A stretch of 45,090 bases of DNA from Myxococcales bacterium (GCA_016794525.1 JAEUJY010000077.1:1-45090); one strand, 5' to 3'. Positions 28,349 to 41,737 are shown, counted from the first letter of the stretch. Notes: generated from the letters alone by a model not told the origin. Program-made: numbers and translations.

Positions 28349-29188
28349 ATGGGAATCTTCTCGAGACTCGGCACGCTGATCAAGTCCAACATCAACGACC
28401 TCATCACCAAGGCCGAGGATCCGGAGAAGATGCTCAGCCAGGTGCTGCTGGAGATGCAGCAGCAACTGGCCGACGCCAAGAAGGCCGTCGCGGTCGCCAT
28501 CGCCGACGAGAAGAAGCTGCAGAAGCAGACCGTCGCCGAGCAGGACAAGGCCAAGGAATGGGAGCGCAAGGCGATGGTCGCCGTCCGCGGCGGCGATGAC
28601 GGCCTCGCGCGCCAGGCGCTCGCGCGCAAGCAGGAGCACGAGAACGTCGCCGGCCAGTTCCAGACCCAGTGGGTCGCGCAGAAGCAGGCCGTCGAGAAGC
28701 TCAAGGACGCGCTGCGGCTCCTCAACAACAAGATCGAGGAAGCCAAGCGCAAGAAGAACATCCTCATCGCGCGGAAGAAGCGCGCCGAGGCGCAGCAGCA
28801 GATCGCCAACACGATGCAGGGCCTGGGCGACACCAGCGCGTTCGACACGTTCGATCGCATGGCCGACCGCATCGCGTTGATGGAGGCCGAGGCCGAGGCC
28901 GGCGCCGAGCTGGCCGGCGAGCTGTCGGGCGACACGCTCGAGTCGAAGTTCCTGGCCCTCGAGGCCGGCGGCGCCAACGACGACGACGCGCTGGCCGAGC
29001 TGAAGGCCAAGATGGGCCTGCTCGAGGCGCCCAAGAGCGCCGACAAGATGCTCAAGGCCGGCGACGACAAGGACGAGACGCCGGGCGCCAAGGAGACGGT
29101 CACCGCCGGTGGCCTGTCGGCCGAGGACCTGAAGGAGCTCGAGGATCTCGACCTGTCGGACCTGGAGCCGAAGGCCGAGGCCAAGTAG
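28349..29188 (+). CDS. pspA: PspA/IM30 (Vipp1) family protein
   Basis: MGIFSRLGTLIKSNINDLITKAEDPEKMLSQ is the canonical PspA N-terminus. Long coiled-coil with an acidic C-terminal tail. Divergent from uppS. Confidence 0.9.
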   Translation: MGIFSRLGTLIKSNINDLITKAEDPEKMLSQVLLEMQQQLADAKKAVAVAIADEKKLQKQTVAEQDKAKEWERKAMVAVRGGDDGLARQALARKQEHENVAGQFQTQWVAQKQAVEKLKDALRLLNNKIEEAKRKKNILIARKKRAEAQQQIANTMQGLGDTSAFDTFDRMADRIALMEAEAEAGAELAGELSGDTLESKFLALEAGGANDDDALAELKAKMGLLEAPKSADKMLKAGDDKDETPGAKETVTAGGLSAEDLKELEDLDLSDLEPKAEAK

Positions 29189-29330
29189 CCCGCGTCAACG
29201 GACCGTCACCCCGTGACGGGGACACCGCGGCGGGCGTGAAACACCGACCACACCGCACATGCTAACGCCCCGAGATCGTGATCGAGCAGGCCCGCCGTCC
29301 GGCGGAACGCCGCTTGCACATCCCGGGGCC

Positions 29331-30278
29331 ATGCGCGTCCGTGCCGCTGCGATCTTGCTGGCGCTCCTCACCGCCGGGCCGGCCCTGGCCGAGGATCGCC
29401 CGCGGCAGCGCGTCGGCAAGGTGACCCTGCGCGTCACCCAGGTCTTCCCCGAGACCCACCAGGCGCTGGTCTACGACAAGGCCACCAACAAGCACGTCGT
29501 CGTCACCGAGGGCGAGCAGCTCGGGAAGTACGAGATCGTCGAGGTCGGCGACGACGAGCTGATCGTCCGGGTGAGCGGCCGCGAGCTGGTGCTGCCGGCC
29601 GAGCAGCCGGCAACCCCGACGACCCCCGCGGCGCCCGCCAAGCCAGCGGATCCAGGGCTGCTCGACCCCTACGCGCCGTCGACGCCCGCGCCGCCGTCGA
29701 CCGCGGCCCCGACCGGCCCCGGCCCGCTCGATCCCTACGCCGGCATCGCCCCGACGCCCGCCGAGATCCGCGTGGTCGTGGCGCCCGAGGCCCAGCGCGC
29801 CGGCGGCAGCGCCGCCCCGCTCGACCCCTACGCGCCGATCGCCACCCCGGCGACCCCCGCCAAGCCGCCGGCGGTCGCCAAGCCCGATCCCAAGCCGCCG
29901 GTGGTCGCCAAGCCCGACGCCACGCCCGCCGCGCCGACCCCGCCCGCCACGCCCGCGGTCGAGGCGATCCGCCTGGAGTCGATGACCCTCAAGCGCGGGG
30001 AGCTCGCCAGCGCGCTCGGCGACTTCGACTCGCTGCACAAGGCGATCGGCTTCGTGCGGACCGGCACGGGTGTGCGCCTGACCACGATCGCGCCGGGCTC
30101 GTACTTCCACGGCATGGGCCTGCGCTCGGGCGACGTCGTCACCGCGATCAACAACGCGCCGCTGCGCACCCTCGACGACGCGGCCGCGGCCTACGCCCGG
30201 CTGGGGTCGGCCAAGAAGCTCGACCTCGCGGTGGTGCGCGCCGGCGAGCGCGGCACGTTGCACTTCGCCCTCAAGTAG
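29331..30278 (+). CDS. Secreted Pro-rich protein with a repeated LDPYAP motif and a C-terminal PDZ domain
   Basis: Signal peptide MRVRAAAILLALLTAGPALA. The motif (L)LDPYA(P/G) occurs three times within a Pro/Ala/Thr-rich linker. PDZ core GMGLRSGDVVTAINNAPL. Confidence 0.7.
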   Translation: MRVRAAAILLALLTAGPALAEDRPRQRVGKVTLRVTQVFPETHQALVYDKATNKHVVVTEGEQLGKYEIVEVGDDELIVRVSGRELVLPAEQPATPTTPAAPAKPADPGLLDPYAPSTPAPPSTAAPTGPGPLDPYAGIAPTPAEIRVVVAPEAQRAGGSAAPLDPYAPIATPATPAKPPAVAKPDPKPPVVAKPDATPAAPTPPATPAVEAIRLESMTLKRGELASALGDFDSLHKAIGFVRTGTGVRLTTIAPGSYFHGMGLRSGDVVTAINNAPLRTLDDAAAAYARLGSAKKLDLAVVRAGERGTLHFALK

Positions 30279-30300
30279 CCGGTTCTGGTATCGTCGGGCC

Positions 30301-30927
30301 GTGCGTGTCGTCCTGCGGCTGGACTCGCCGTCCGAGTGGATCCGGGTGTTCGACCCGCGCGACGGCACGCTCGCGGTCGCGGCGGCGCCGAAGCCGGCGA
30401 TGGGCGACAGCCTGCGCGTCGACCTGATCTGCGGCGACGGCGGGCCGCGGGTGATCTTGCGCGGCCAGGTGATCGGCCACCGCGGCGAGGGCGTGGCGCT
30501 GGTCGGGCTCGGGCCCACCGAGCGCGAGAAGGTCAACTACATGAACGGGTTCGTCCGCGGCGGGTTGCTCAACCTGCGCGAGCGGCGGCGCATCCCGGTG
30601 CGGCTGGCGGTCACCTACGGCGGGCTCAAGGGCCCGGTGAAGAGCCACACCCGCGACATCAACGATCAGGGCGTCTTCGTGATGACCGAGGAGCCGCTGC
30701 CCGAGGACGCCGAGGTGCACCTGATCATCACGATCCCGGGCCGCGGCGAGCCGCTGTCGGTGGTCGGGCGGGTGACGCACACGGTGGTGCCCGAGGACGA
30801 CGACGTCGCCGGCATGGGCATCGTGTTCCGCTCGAGCCCGACCGACGCCGCGATGATCGCCGCCACGATCGACGCGCTCGAGCAAGAGTTCCTGGCCGGC
30901 ACGCTGCCCGAAGACACGCTGGCGTAG
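30301..30927 (+). CDS. PilZ-domain (c-di-GMP-binding) protein
   Basis: GTG start. RERRRIPVRL (RxxxR) followed by TRDINDQGVFV (D.S..G) matches the PilZ c-di-GMP binding motifs. An N-terminal second PilZ-like half is present. Confidence 0.7.
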   Translation: MRVVLRLDSPSEWIRVFDPRDGTLAVAAAPKPAMGDSLRVDLICGDGGPRVILRGQVIGHRGEGVALVGLGPTEREKVNYMNGFVRGGLLNLRERRRIPVRLAVTYGGLKGPVKSHTRDINDQGVFVMTEEPLPEDAEVHLIITIPGRGEPLSVVGRVTHTVVPEDDDVAGMGIVFRSSPTDAAMIAATIDALEQEFLAGTLPEDTLA

Positions 30928-30936
30928 CCCTGCAAC

Positions 30937-32805
30937 TCAATCCACGATCAGCCAGCGCGTCGCGTGCGCCGGCAGGTCGAGCGCGAGCGTGCCATCGACG
31001 GTCGCCACCGGCGCGTCGGTGAGCGCGTCGCGCAGCGCGGCGCCGACCGGGACCGCGACGATCGCGCGGACGGCGCGGGCGGTGCGGTTGGCGACGAACA
31101 GCGCGCGGACGCGGCCGTCGTGGGCGGCGAAGCTCGCGGTGGCGACGCCGGCGGGGCGCGTCGCGATCCACTCGTCGCGCGGGGCCAGCGCGGCCAGGTC
31201 GGCGGCGAGGCCGGCCAGATCGTCGAGCGAGCCGGGGCGCATGCGGCCGGCGCGCCGCGGCGGCGCGAGGTCGTCGCCCAGCGGCTGGTCGAGCTCGTCG
31301 AGCGTCGGCGCGTCGGGGCCGAACACGACGACGCGGCGATCGGCGGCCAGCCGGTGCAGCGCGCGCCACAGCCCGCGATCGATCCGGCGCAGCGTCGGCG
31401 CGACGAACGCGCGGGCCGGGATCGCCGCGAGGTCGGCGTCCTCGGCGACCACCGCCGCCGCGACCTGGCCCAGCTCGAGCGCGTCGGCGATGGCGTCGGC
31501 CCAGCGGCGGGCCCGCGGCGCGTCGGCGTCGGCGCACAGCTCGGCGGCGCCCGCCGGGCCGAGGCCGAGCAGCTCGAGCGCGACCGGCGGCACCGGCGCC
31601 ACCAGCGACGACGCGCGGGCCACCCGGGCGTCGGCACGGGCCGCGATCAGCGCGACGTCGACGACGCGGCGCAGGCCGGGCAGATCGTGGCGCGCGATCG
31701 CCGCGAGCAGCGCGCCGACCCGGCGGCCCTCGGCGGTGACCGCGCCGGCGGCGTCGACCAGCCCGCCGATCCAGCGATCGCGCGCGACGCCGGCGATCCA
31801 GGTGGCGCCGCGGGCGCCCGCGGCCAGCGCGGCCAGCGCGATCGCGGCGCGATCGTCGTCGGTGGTCGGCGCGAACAGCGGCGAGTGCCCGGCCGGCAGC
31901 CGCACCAGGTGCGGGGCCCGCGCCGCCTGCACGCGCGCGGCGATCGCCGTGGTCGGCTGGGTGCCGCTGGCCAGGTCGACCTGCCGCGGCCACGGCGTCG
32001 CGTCGTCGTCGTCGCGCGGCGCCAGCGTCGGCGCCACGCCCACCCGGGCCACGCCCGCCAGGCCGGCCTCGTCGAGGATCGCCGACCACCGCGCCGCGGC
32101 GCGGGCGGCGGCCTGGCCGTTCCACCGCACCCAGGCGGCGCAGGTCGCGGCCTCGTCGGCGGCGAAGCGTCGCGGCGGCTCGACGTCGCGGTGGGCGCGC
32201 CACGCGGCGATCGCGTCGGGGTGGTAGTCGAGATCGTAGGCGCCGCTGCGCGCCAGGTACGGCCGCCCGGCGTCGAGGCCGATCGCCACCACCGGCCCGT
32301 CGGGCGCGAGGCGCGGCACGGCGATCGCCGCGACCCACTGGTAGAACGCGGCCAGCGCGTCGGTGAACGCGGCCGACGCCAGCGACGGCAGCGGGAACGC
32401 CCGCGGCACCAGCGGCGCGAACGCCGGCCCGCCGTGCGCCGCGCGCGCCCACATCGCCTCGTCGCGCACGACGTGATCGGGCAGCCCGGCGAACGTCTCC
32501 TCGAGCGCCGCCAGCGGCCCGAGCTCGAGGCACACCGCCAGCCCGGCGGCCGCCGCCGCGTCAATCGCCGCGCCCAGGTCGCGGTCGCCGCTGCCGTCGA
32601 AGCCGCCGCCGCGGCGCGCGTGCACGCCCCAGGTGACCGGCAGCTCGACCAGCGTCAGGCCCAGCCCGCGCAGCGCGGCCAGCGCGCGCGGCCACGCGGC
32701 CCGCGGCGTGCGCGCGTACGCGAACGTGGCGCTCCACCACGGCAGCGCGCGGTCGCCGACGATCAGCCCGCGGTCGTCGAGGTGGGTGCGGCGATGTTCT
32801 TCCAC
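30937..32805 (-). CDS. Glycoside hydrolase family 35/42-like (beta-galactosidase-like) protein, possibly catalytically degenerate
   Basis: After a junk N-terminal extension the ORF reads LGLTLVELPVTWGVHARRGGGFDGSGDRDLGAAIDAAAAAGLAVCL, resembling the GH35 GLN.V..YV.WN.HEP..G.FDF block with HEP replaced by HAR. The GTG start at 32803..32805 overlaps the Nudix gene by 43 bp; an alternative CTG start overlaps the Nudix TGA. Confidence 0.45.
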   Translation of the reverse strand: MEEHRRTHLDDRGLIVGDRALPWWSATFAYARTPRAAWPRALAALRGLGLTLVELPVTWGVHARRGGGFDGSGDRDLGAAIDAAAAAGLAVCLELGPLAALEETFAGLPDHVVRDEAMWARAAHGGPAFAPLVPRAFPLPSLASAAFTDALAAFYQWVAAIAVPRLAPDGPVVAIGLDAGRPYLARSGAYDLDYHPDAIAAWRAHRDVEPPRRFAADEAATCAAWVRWNGQAAARAAARWSAILDEAGLAGVARVGVAPTLAPRDDDDATPWPRQVDLASGTQPTTAIAARVQAARAPHLVRLPAGHSPLFAPTTDDDRAAIALAALAAGARGATWIAGVARDRWIGGLVDAAGAVTAEGRRVGALLAAIARHDLPGLRRVVDVALIAARADARVARASSLVAPVPPVALELLGLGPAGAAELCADADAPRARRWADAIADALELGQVAAAVVAEDADLAAIPARAFVAPTLRRIDRGLWRALHRLAADRRVVVFGPDAPTLDELDQPLGDDLAPPRRAGRMRPGSLDDLAGLAADLAALAPRDEWIATRPAGVATASFAAHDGRVRALFVANRTARAVRAIVAVPVGAALRDALTDAPVATVDGTLALDLPAHATRWLIVD

Positions 32806-33578
32806 GTGCGATCCTCGAGGACGAAGCGGCTGGGCCCGACCGCCAGCGGGTGATCGGCCGGCATCGGCGCGCTGTCGCCGGTGCCGTCGGTGGCGTAGCC
32901 CGGATCCCAGGGCAGGAGCAGCGCGAAGCCGCCGCCGGGCAGCGGCGCCATCCGCGGCATGATCGGGTGCGGGTGCGCGGCGGCGGCGGCGGCCAGCGCG
33001 AACGCGGCGTCGATCGACGTCGCGGCGGCGAGGTCCGACAGGATGCGCACCTGCGGCGGCGGCAGCGCCAGCGCCTGCGCGCGGGCCAGCGCCTCGGCCG
33101 GCGTCGCCCACGCCTCGTCGACGGTCTCCTGCGCGTCGAAGCTGGGCCGCTGGCCCTCGGGCAGCGCCGCCAGGTAGAACCGCGCCGAGAACCGCTTGCC
33201 CTCGGCCGACGGCGTGATCCAGTGCGCGTAGTAGGCGAGCCGCTCGGGCGCCAGCGTCAGGCCGGCCTCGGCCAGGAGCGCCGCCATCGGCGCGCCGGCC
33301 AGCAGCCGCGTGCGCAGCGCCGCCACCGTCGCGTGATCGACCGGCGCGCTGGCCAGCAGCACGCCCGCCTCCTCGAACAGCTCGCGCGCCGCGGTGACGC
33401 GCAGGTCGCCGCCGTCCTCGGGATCGGCCGCGCCGCCGGGGAAGACGAACGCGCCACCCATGAACGACGCGTTCTTGCGGCGCCGCAGCAGGAACACCTC
33501 GAACCCGGCCGCCGCCGGGCGCAGCAGGATCACGGTCGCGGCGTCGCGCGGCGTCGGGTACACGCCTGGCTGTATCAC
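32763..33578 (-). CDS. NUDIX hydrolase
   Basis: Nudix box GGAFVFPGGAADPEDGGDLRVTAARELFEEAGV (GX5EX7REUXEEXGU). The GTG start at 33576..33578 is inferred. The upstream part of the track ORF is antisense shadow of the TolB-like gene. Confidence 0.65.
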   Translation of the reverse strand: MIQPGVYPTPRDAATVILLRPAAAGFEVFLLRRRKNASFMGGAFVFPGGAADPEDGGDLRVTAARELFEEAGVLLASAPVDHATVAALRTRLLAGAPMAALLAEAGLTLAPERLAYYAHWITPSAEGKRFSARFYLAALPEGQRPSFDAQETVDEAWATPAEALARAQALALPPPQVRILSDLAAATSIDAAFALAAAAAAHPHPIMPRMAPLPGGGFALLLPWDPGYATDGTGDSAPMPADHPLAVGPSRFVLEDRTWKNIAAPTSTTAG

Positions 33579-33629
33579 TGCGCGCGCCGGTCGCGCAACG
33601 CGCGGCTCGCGGTCGTGGTACGTCGAGCC

Positions 33630-34721
33630 ATGGCCGCTCGGTTGCCGCTGACCGCGATCGCGACCGCGACCGCGCTCGCGCTGCTCGCGGGCGGGTGCAA
33701 GGATCGCAAGCGCACCCGCGGCGCGGTGCGGGTGGTGGTCGACGCCCCCGGCGCGCCGATCGACGCCGGCGTCCCCGATCTGGGCTTCGTCCGTGGCGAC
33801 GTCGTGATCGATCAGCTGCGCGAGGGCCGCCACCAGCCGGCGCGGCTCGACCCCGCCACCCGAAGCTGGGTGCTCGTCGGTGACGGCGTCGGCGACCTGT
33901 ACGCGACCGGACACCGCCTCGGCGACGGTCTGCTGGCGATCGCCACCGCCGGCGCCCACGAGGACGATCACCAGGAGCAGCTGGCGATCGTGACCGGCGC
34001 CCGGGTGGCGCGGTTCGGCCCCACCGCGAAGCAGGTGCGCAACCCCAGCGCGGCCGGCGGCGCGGTGGTGTTCGCCAGCGACCTGGCCAGCTACAGCGAC
34101 CTGTACGCGATCACGCCGACCGCGCCGCCGCGGCGCCTCACCGACGACGCGGCCGGCAACTTCGAGCCGGCGCTCGCCCCCGACGGCGCGCGGGTGGCGT
34201 TCGCGTCGTCGCGCGACGGCAACGCCGAGCTGTACGTGCAGCCGGTGGCCGGCGGCGCCGCGCGGCGCCTCACCGACGCCAGCCGCGACGACTGGAACCC
34301 GGCGTGGTCGCCCGACGGCGCCCAGCTGGCGTTCCTGTCGGATCGCACCGGCAGCGATCGCGTGCACCTGATCGCGGTCGCGGGCGGCGAGGCGCGCCGG
34401 CTGTCGAGCGAGCCCGGCACCACCGCGATGGAGGAGCAGCCGGCGTGGTCGCCCGACGGGCGCGCGGTGGCGTTCGTGCGCATGGGCGGCGGCCGCGCGG
34501 CGATCACGATCGTCGAGGTCGCCACCGGCGCGACCCGCACGCTGACGCCCGACGGCGACGCCGACCGCGGCTTCGCGTGGAGCCCCGACGGCCAGGCGAT
34601 GATCGTCGCGCGGCGCGCGGCGGGCGGCGCCGCGACCGTCGTGCTGGTGCGCGTCGCCGACGGCGCGGTGATCGACCGCTGGCCCGGCGACCCCGCCTAC
34701 CTGCGCTGGATCGCGCCGTAG
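33630..34721 (+). CDS. TolB-like beta-propeller (PD40/WD40-like repeat) lipoprotein
   Basis: Start MAARLPLTAIATATALALLAGGC. Repeated units such as PALAPDGARVAFASSRDGNAELYV, PAWSPDGAQLAFLSDRTG, PAWSPDGRAVAFVRM and FAWSPDGQ. Confidence 0.8.
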   Translation: MAARLPLTAIATATALALLAGGCKDRKRTRGAVRVVVDAPGAPIDAGVPDLGFVRGDVVIDQLREGRHQPARLDPATRSWVLVGDGVGDLYATGHRLGDGLLAIATAGAHEDDHQEQLAIVTGARVARFGPTAKQVRNPSAAGGAVVFASDLASYSDLYAITPTAPPRRLTDDAAGNFEPALAPDGARVAFASSRDGNAELYVQPVAGGAARRLTDASRDDWNPAWSPDGAQLAFLSDRTGSDRVHLIAVAGGEARRLSSEPGTTAMEEQPAWSPDGRAVAFVRMGGGRAAITIVEVATGATRTLTPDGDADRGFAWSPDGQAMIVARRAAGGAATVVLVRVADGAVIDRWPGDPAYLRWIAP

Positions 34722-34737
34722 CGCGCCGGCGCCGCGG

Positions 34738-35145
34738 TCACGGCAGGTCGGCGAGCCCGGGGCTGGCGAACCGCGTGCCGGCCGGGAACGTCAGCCCGAA
34801 CTCGCGCGCCAGCGCGGCCAGCAGCGCGTCGTGGCTGGGCAGCGTCTCGACCACCGTCGAGCCGTCGTGGGCGCGGCGGGTGAGCGTGCGATCGACCAGC
34901 GTCAGCCGGCCGGTGGTCGTCGCGCGGGCGACGATCAGCCGATCGCGGAAGTGCGACCGCGGGTGCGCGCTGGTGTACCAGTTGCCGACGATCCGATCGA
35001 TCTCGGGCATCTCCTCGAGCGTGAACTCGTTGACGTCGGCCCACTCGTCGCCCAGCCGCACCTGGTGGAACAGCCGCGCGTCGGGGCTGCGGCGGGTGAA
35101 GCCGTCCCACGCGCCCTCGGCGATGATCCGCCGCGGCTTCATCAA
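34738..35145 (-). pseudogene. 5'-truncated arylamine N-acetyltransferase (NAT) remnant, C-terminal domain only
   Basis: FHQVRLGDEWADVNEFTLEEMPEIDRIVGNWYTSAHPRSHFRDRLIVARAT is the NAT C-terminal region. The N-terminal domain carrying the Cys-His-Asp triad is absent. The upstream frame is R-rich shadow. Confidence 0.55.
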
Positions 35146-35590
35146 GCGCGTCGTCGCGCGCGGCGGCGATCGCGTCGCGGTGCGCGGCGGGGTGGTCTAC
35201 CGCAACGGCCAGCCGCTGGCGTACGGCCCGCCGCACCCATGCGCGCTCGAGGACCGCGACGAAGGCACCGCGGCGCGGTCGTGGCGGCACGAGACCGCGA
35301 CCTGCCGCGAGGAGACGATCGGTCGGCACCGCCACCAGGTCGTCGTCGCGGCGACGCCTGACGGCGAGCGCGACTTCCCGGCCGAGGCGGCGCCGGGCGA
35401 CGACGAGCGCGGCCGCCTGGTGCCGCCGGGCCACGTCTTCGTGCTCGGCGACAACCGCCCCAACAGCAACGACTCGCGCTTCTGGGGGCCGGTGCCGGTG
35501 GGCAACGTCCGGGGCACCGCGCTCTACGTCTGGCTGTCCCGCGGCCCCGATGGCATCCGCTGGCAACGGATCGGCCACGTGATCGAGTAG
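35123..35590 (+). pseudogene. 5'-truncated signal peptidase I (LepB, S26) remnant
   Basis: GFIKRVVARGGDRV...GHVFVLGDNRPNSNDSRFWGPVPVGNVRGTALYVWLS matches boxes D and E of signal peptidase I. The TM anchor and the catalytic Ser box are missing. Its 5' end overlaps the 5' end of the NAT remnant head-to-head. Confidence 0.55.
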
Positions 35591-35742
35591 CCGCGATCAC
35601 AGCTGCCGAGGATCGGACGTCAGCGCGACAGATCCGCCCGGGTGGCTGCGCGATCCTCCACGGCCGATGCGCGGCGAAGCCGGTTCTGCGGCGATCGCGC
35701 GCTGGCGCGTCGGTTGCTACCGCCCGCCGGCAGGAGGAGACG

Positions 35743-37164
<1,422 letters not shown>

Positions 37165-37206
37165 CGTCAGCGGGAATGCGCCGCGCCCTCGCCGCGTTGC
37201 CGCTCG

Positions 37207-38058
37207 ATGAGGCTCGCCATGGTGGTCGTCGGCGTCCTGCTCGGCACGGCGGCGCCGGCTGCCGCCGATCTGGTCGCCTGGGTCGATGACGTCGCCGAGC
37301 CGGCGATCGACGCGCCGGTCGCCGGTGGCCACCTCGCCGTGACCCAGCGCGCGATGCCGTACGGCTCGGGCTACCAGTACGTCCAGCTCACGGCCGCCTT
37401 CGACCCGGCGCACGGGCCACGGCGGACGACGCTGCTGTTCGAGGGCCCGACGATGTGCGCCAGCACGATCCGCGTCGGTCGTGGCGTCGAGGTCGCGGTG
37501 TGCACCAACCGCTTCGGCGACACCCGCGAGGTGACGCGCTGGCGGCTGGATCGCACGACCGGCCGCCTGGTCGCGGGCGCGCCGCGCTGGCGCAGCCCCT
37601 ACGCCGAGGGCGCCCAGGCGGTGCTGCGCGCGCTGTACGCCGGCCGCGAACGCACGGCCGAGGCGGCGCTCGAGCAGCTCGGCGACAGCCCCGATGGCCA
37701 GGTCTCGGTCGGCTGGTGGTGGGCCGCGCACCGTCTGCTGGCAGCGTGGTCGACGATCGCGCGCCTGCCGCCTGCCGCGGCGCGCGCCGCGCTGACGCCG
37801 CACGTCGCGCGCTTGCTCGCGCCCGACGACGACGGCAGCCCCAACCTGGTCGCGGCCCTGGCCGCCGACCTGCGCGCGGTCCCGCGCTGCAGCTACACCG
37901 ACCTCGCCGGCCGCGCGCGACCGTTTCGCGTCGTCGGGGTCCGCGCCCGCCTGGCGCCGGTGGTGGCGCGTGTCGAGCGCTTGCTGGCCGCCGGCGACGC
38001 GACGCAGCGCGCCCAGGCTGTCGCGTTGCGCCAGGCTCGTGTGCGACCGCCGCCGTGA
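37207..38058 (+). CDS. Secreted hypothetical protein
   Basis: Signal peptide [20 protein letters not shown]. Reasonable composition (W, Y, C present). It sits co-directionally downstream of the vWA lipoprotein. No family recognised. Confidence 0.5.
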   Translation: MRLAMVVVGVLLGTAAPAAADLVAWVDDVAEPAIDAPVAGGHLAVTQRAMPYGSGYQYVQLTAAFDPAHGPRRTTLLFEGPTMCASTIRVGRGVEVAVCTNRFGDTREVTRWRLDRTTGRLVAGAPRWRSPYAEGAQAVLRALYAGRERTAEAALEQLGDSPDGQVSVGWWWAAHRLLAAWSTIARLPPAAARAALTPHVARLLAPDDDGSPNLVAALAADLRAVPRCSYTDLAGRARPFRVVGVRARLAPVVARVERLLAAGDATQRAQAVALRQARVRPPP

Positions 38059-38083
38059 CGCACGGCGCGCGGCGGCGGCCCCG

Positions 38084-40114
<2,031 letters not shown>

Positions 40115-40161
40115 GGTCGCAGTCTAGCGCCGAAGCTGACAGCGGCCTGTCAGGTATCGCG

Positions 40162-40692
40162 TCACAGCCGGTAGGCGAGGCCGGCGCTGAGGCCGAGGCC
40201 CGGGATGGCGCCGCCGGCCGCGCTGACGTAGCCGCGCGCTTCGAGTGCGAGGCGCAGCCGCAGGTGGTCGCCGCCGAGGTCGAGGCCGAGCCGCGGCGCG
40301 ATCAGCGGGCCGTTGTGCCTCTCGTGCATGTCCTCTTTCTCCCAGGTGCTGGCCTGGAAGCCCAGGTCGAGCCCGACCAGGTGGCAGACCGACCCGGTGA
40401 CGTTGCAGCCCTGGTGCTCGGCGCCGACCCGCAGCTCGAAGTGGCTGCCTGAGCCCTCCGAGTCGCCGGCCTGGCCCACGCGCAGCGAGCCGTGCCCCCA
40501 CCAGGGGCCAGCGAGGCGGGTGCCGACCTCGGCGCCGGCGTCGAACGCGATGAACTGATCGACCGACGCCGACGTCAGCGCCGCGACGTACGTCTGGCCG
40601 GTTTCGGTGGCGGCAGGTGCGACCTCGTCGGCGATGGCGAGCGACGGCAACGACAGGGCCAGGGCGGCGGTCAGGGCGAGACGCGGGTGCAT
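40162..40692 (-). CDS. Small outer-membrane beta-barrel protein (hypothetical)
   Basis: Signal peptide [21 protein letters not shown]. Alternating amphipathic beta-strands. C-terminal GLAYRL. Confidence 0.55.
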   Translation of the reverse strand: MHPRLALTAALALSLPSLAIADEVAPAATETGQTYVAALTSASVDQFIAFDAGAEVGTRLAGPWWGHGSLRVGQAGDSEGSGSHFELRVGAEHQGCNVTGSVCHLVGLDLGFQASTWEKEDMHERHNGPLIAPRLGLDLGGDHLRLRLALEARGYVSAAGGAIPGLGLSAGLAYRL

Positions 40693-40825
40693 GCCGCCGG
40701 TGGTTGTGAGGCTCATGCCGGCGCGGCGCCAGCCCTGAGGCGGCCTCCGCGCAGGCAGGTGTGCAGCGGTCACCAGCCGGCGTCGAGGTCCGGACACCCG
40801 GCGCCGACCGGCGTACGATCGGCCG

Positions 40826-41737
40826 ATGCTGCGAGGGAGCGCGCTCGTCGTCACGCTGGTCGCGGCCTGCGCGACCCCGCCCGGCACCGAGGCCACGTCG
40901 CGGGCGCCGCTGGGCGCGCGGCCGGCGGTGACCGCCGCCACCTGGGCCGCGCTGGCGGCCGATCCGGCGATCGCCGCGGTCGAGGGCGACGTCGCGCTGG
41001 CGTGCGCCGCGGCGCCGGTCGGCACCGACGCGATCGCGCCGCGCTGTGACGCGGTGGTGATCGCCGCCGACGGCGCGCGCGCGCCGCTGGGCCGCGCCGA
41101 TCTGCTGGCGGCGGCGCGGCTCGACGCCGGCCGGCTGGTGCTGCTGACCGCGGGCGGCGAGCTGCGGGTGCGGGCGGGCGGCGATGAGCAGGTGCTGGCC
41201 CGCGACGCGCGCGATCCGCGGGTCGCGCCGGATCGCCGGGTGATCGCGTTCACGCAGTACCCGCCGGGCGGCGGTCCGGGTGGCGCGCCGGGGCGGCTGG
41301 TCGCGCTCGATCTCGATCGCGGCGCGCGCTGGGTGATCGCCGACGATCCGCTGGCGTCGTCGCCGTTCCCGATCCCCGGCGGCGGCCAGGTGCTGTACGT
41401 GTCGGCGCGCACCGGCCTGGCGGCGCTGTACGTCGCCGAGCCGGGCTTCGCGCCGCGCCAGCTGACCAACGTCGGGCGCCGCGTCGTCGACGACGCCTTC
41501 GTGCCGGTGCCGGGCCGCGAGCTGGCCTGGCTCGACGCGAGCCACGCGATCTACACCGCCACCTACGGCGGGGTGGCCCGGCTGTGGGCGCTCGACGTCG
41601 CGACCGGCGCGGCCCGCGACCTCGGGCCGGGGCGCCGGCCGCGGGCGGTGGCCGGCGGGGTCGAGGCGGTGATCGACGGCGCGACCCGCGCGCTCGACCG
41701 CGCGGCGATCGTCGCGGCGCTCGAGGTGGCGCCGTGA
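40826..41737 (+). CDS. Hypothetical lipoprotein (beta-propeller-like), translationally coupled to the M23 peptidase gene
   Basis: Start MLRGSALVVTLVAACATP. The stop TGA 41735..41737 overlaps the GTG 41734..41736 of the next gene (GTGA). Confidence 0.55.
   Translation: MLRGSALVVTLVAACATPPGTEATSRAPLGARPAVTAATWAALAADPAIAAVEGDVALACAAAPVGTDAIAPRCDAVVIAADGARAPLGRADLLAAARLDAGRLVLLTAGGELRVRAGGDEQVLARDARDPRVAPDRRVIAFTQYPPGGGPGGAPGRLVALDLDRGARWVIADDPLASSPFPIPGGGQVLYVSARTGLAALYVAEPGFAPRQLTNVGRRVVDDAFVPVPGRELAWLDASHAIYTATYGGVARLWALDVATGAARDLGPGRRPRAVAGGVEAVIDGATRALDRAAIVAALEVAP

Noticed and set aside
29189-29260. Small GC hairpin after pspA (CCCCGTGACGGGG) read as a rho-independent terminator.
   Set aside because: The stem is only 5 bp with a 3-nt loop, and no T-tract follows. 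It is not convincing.
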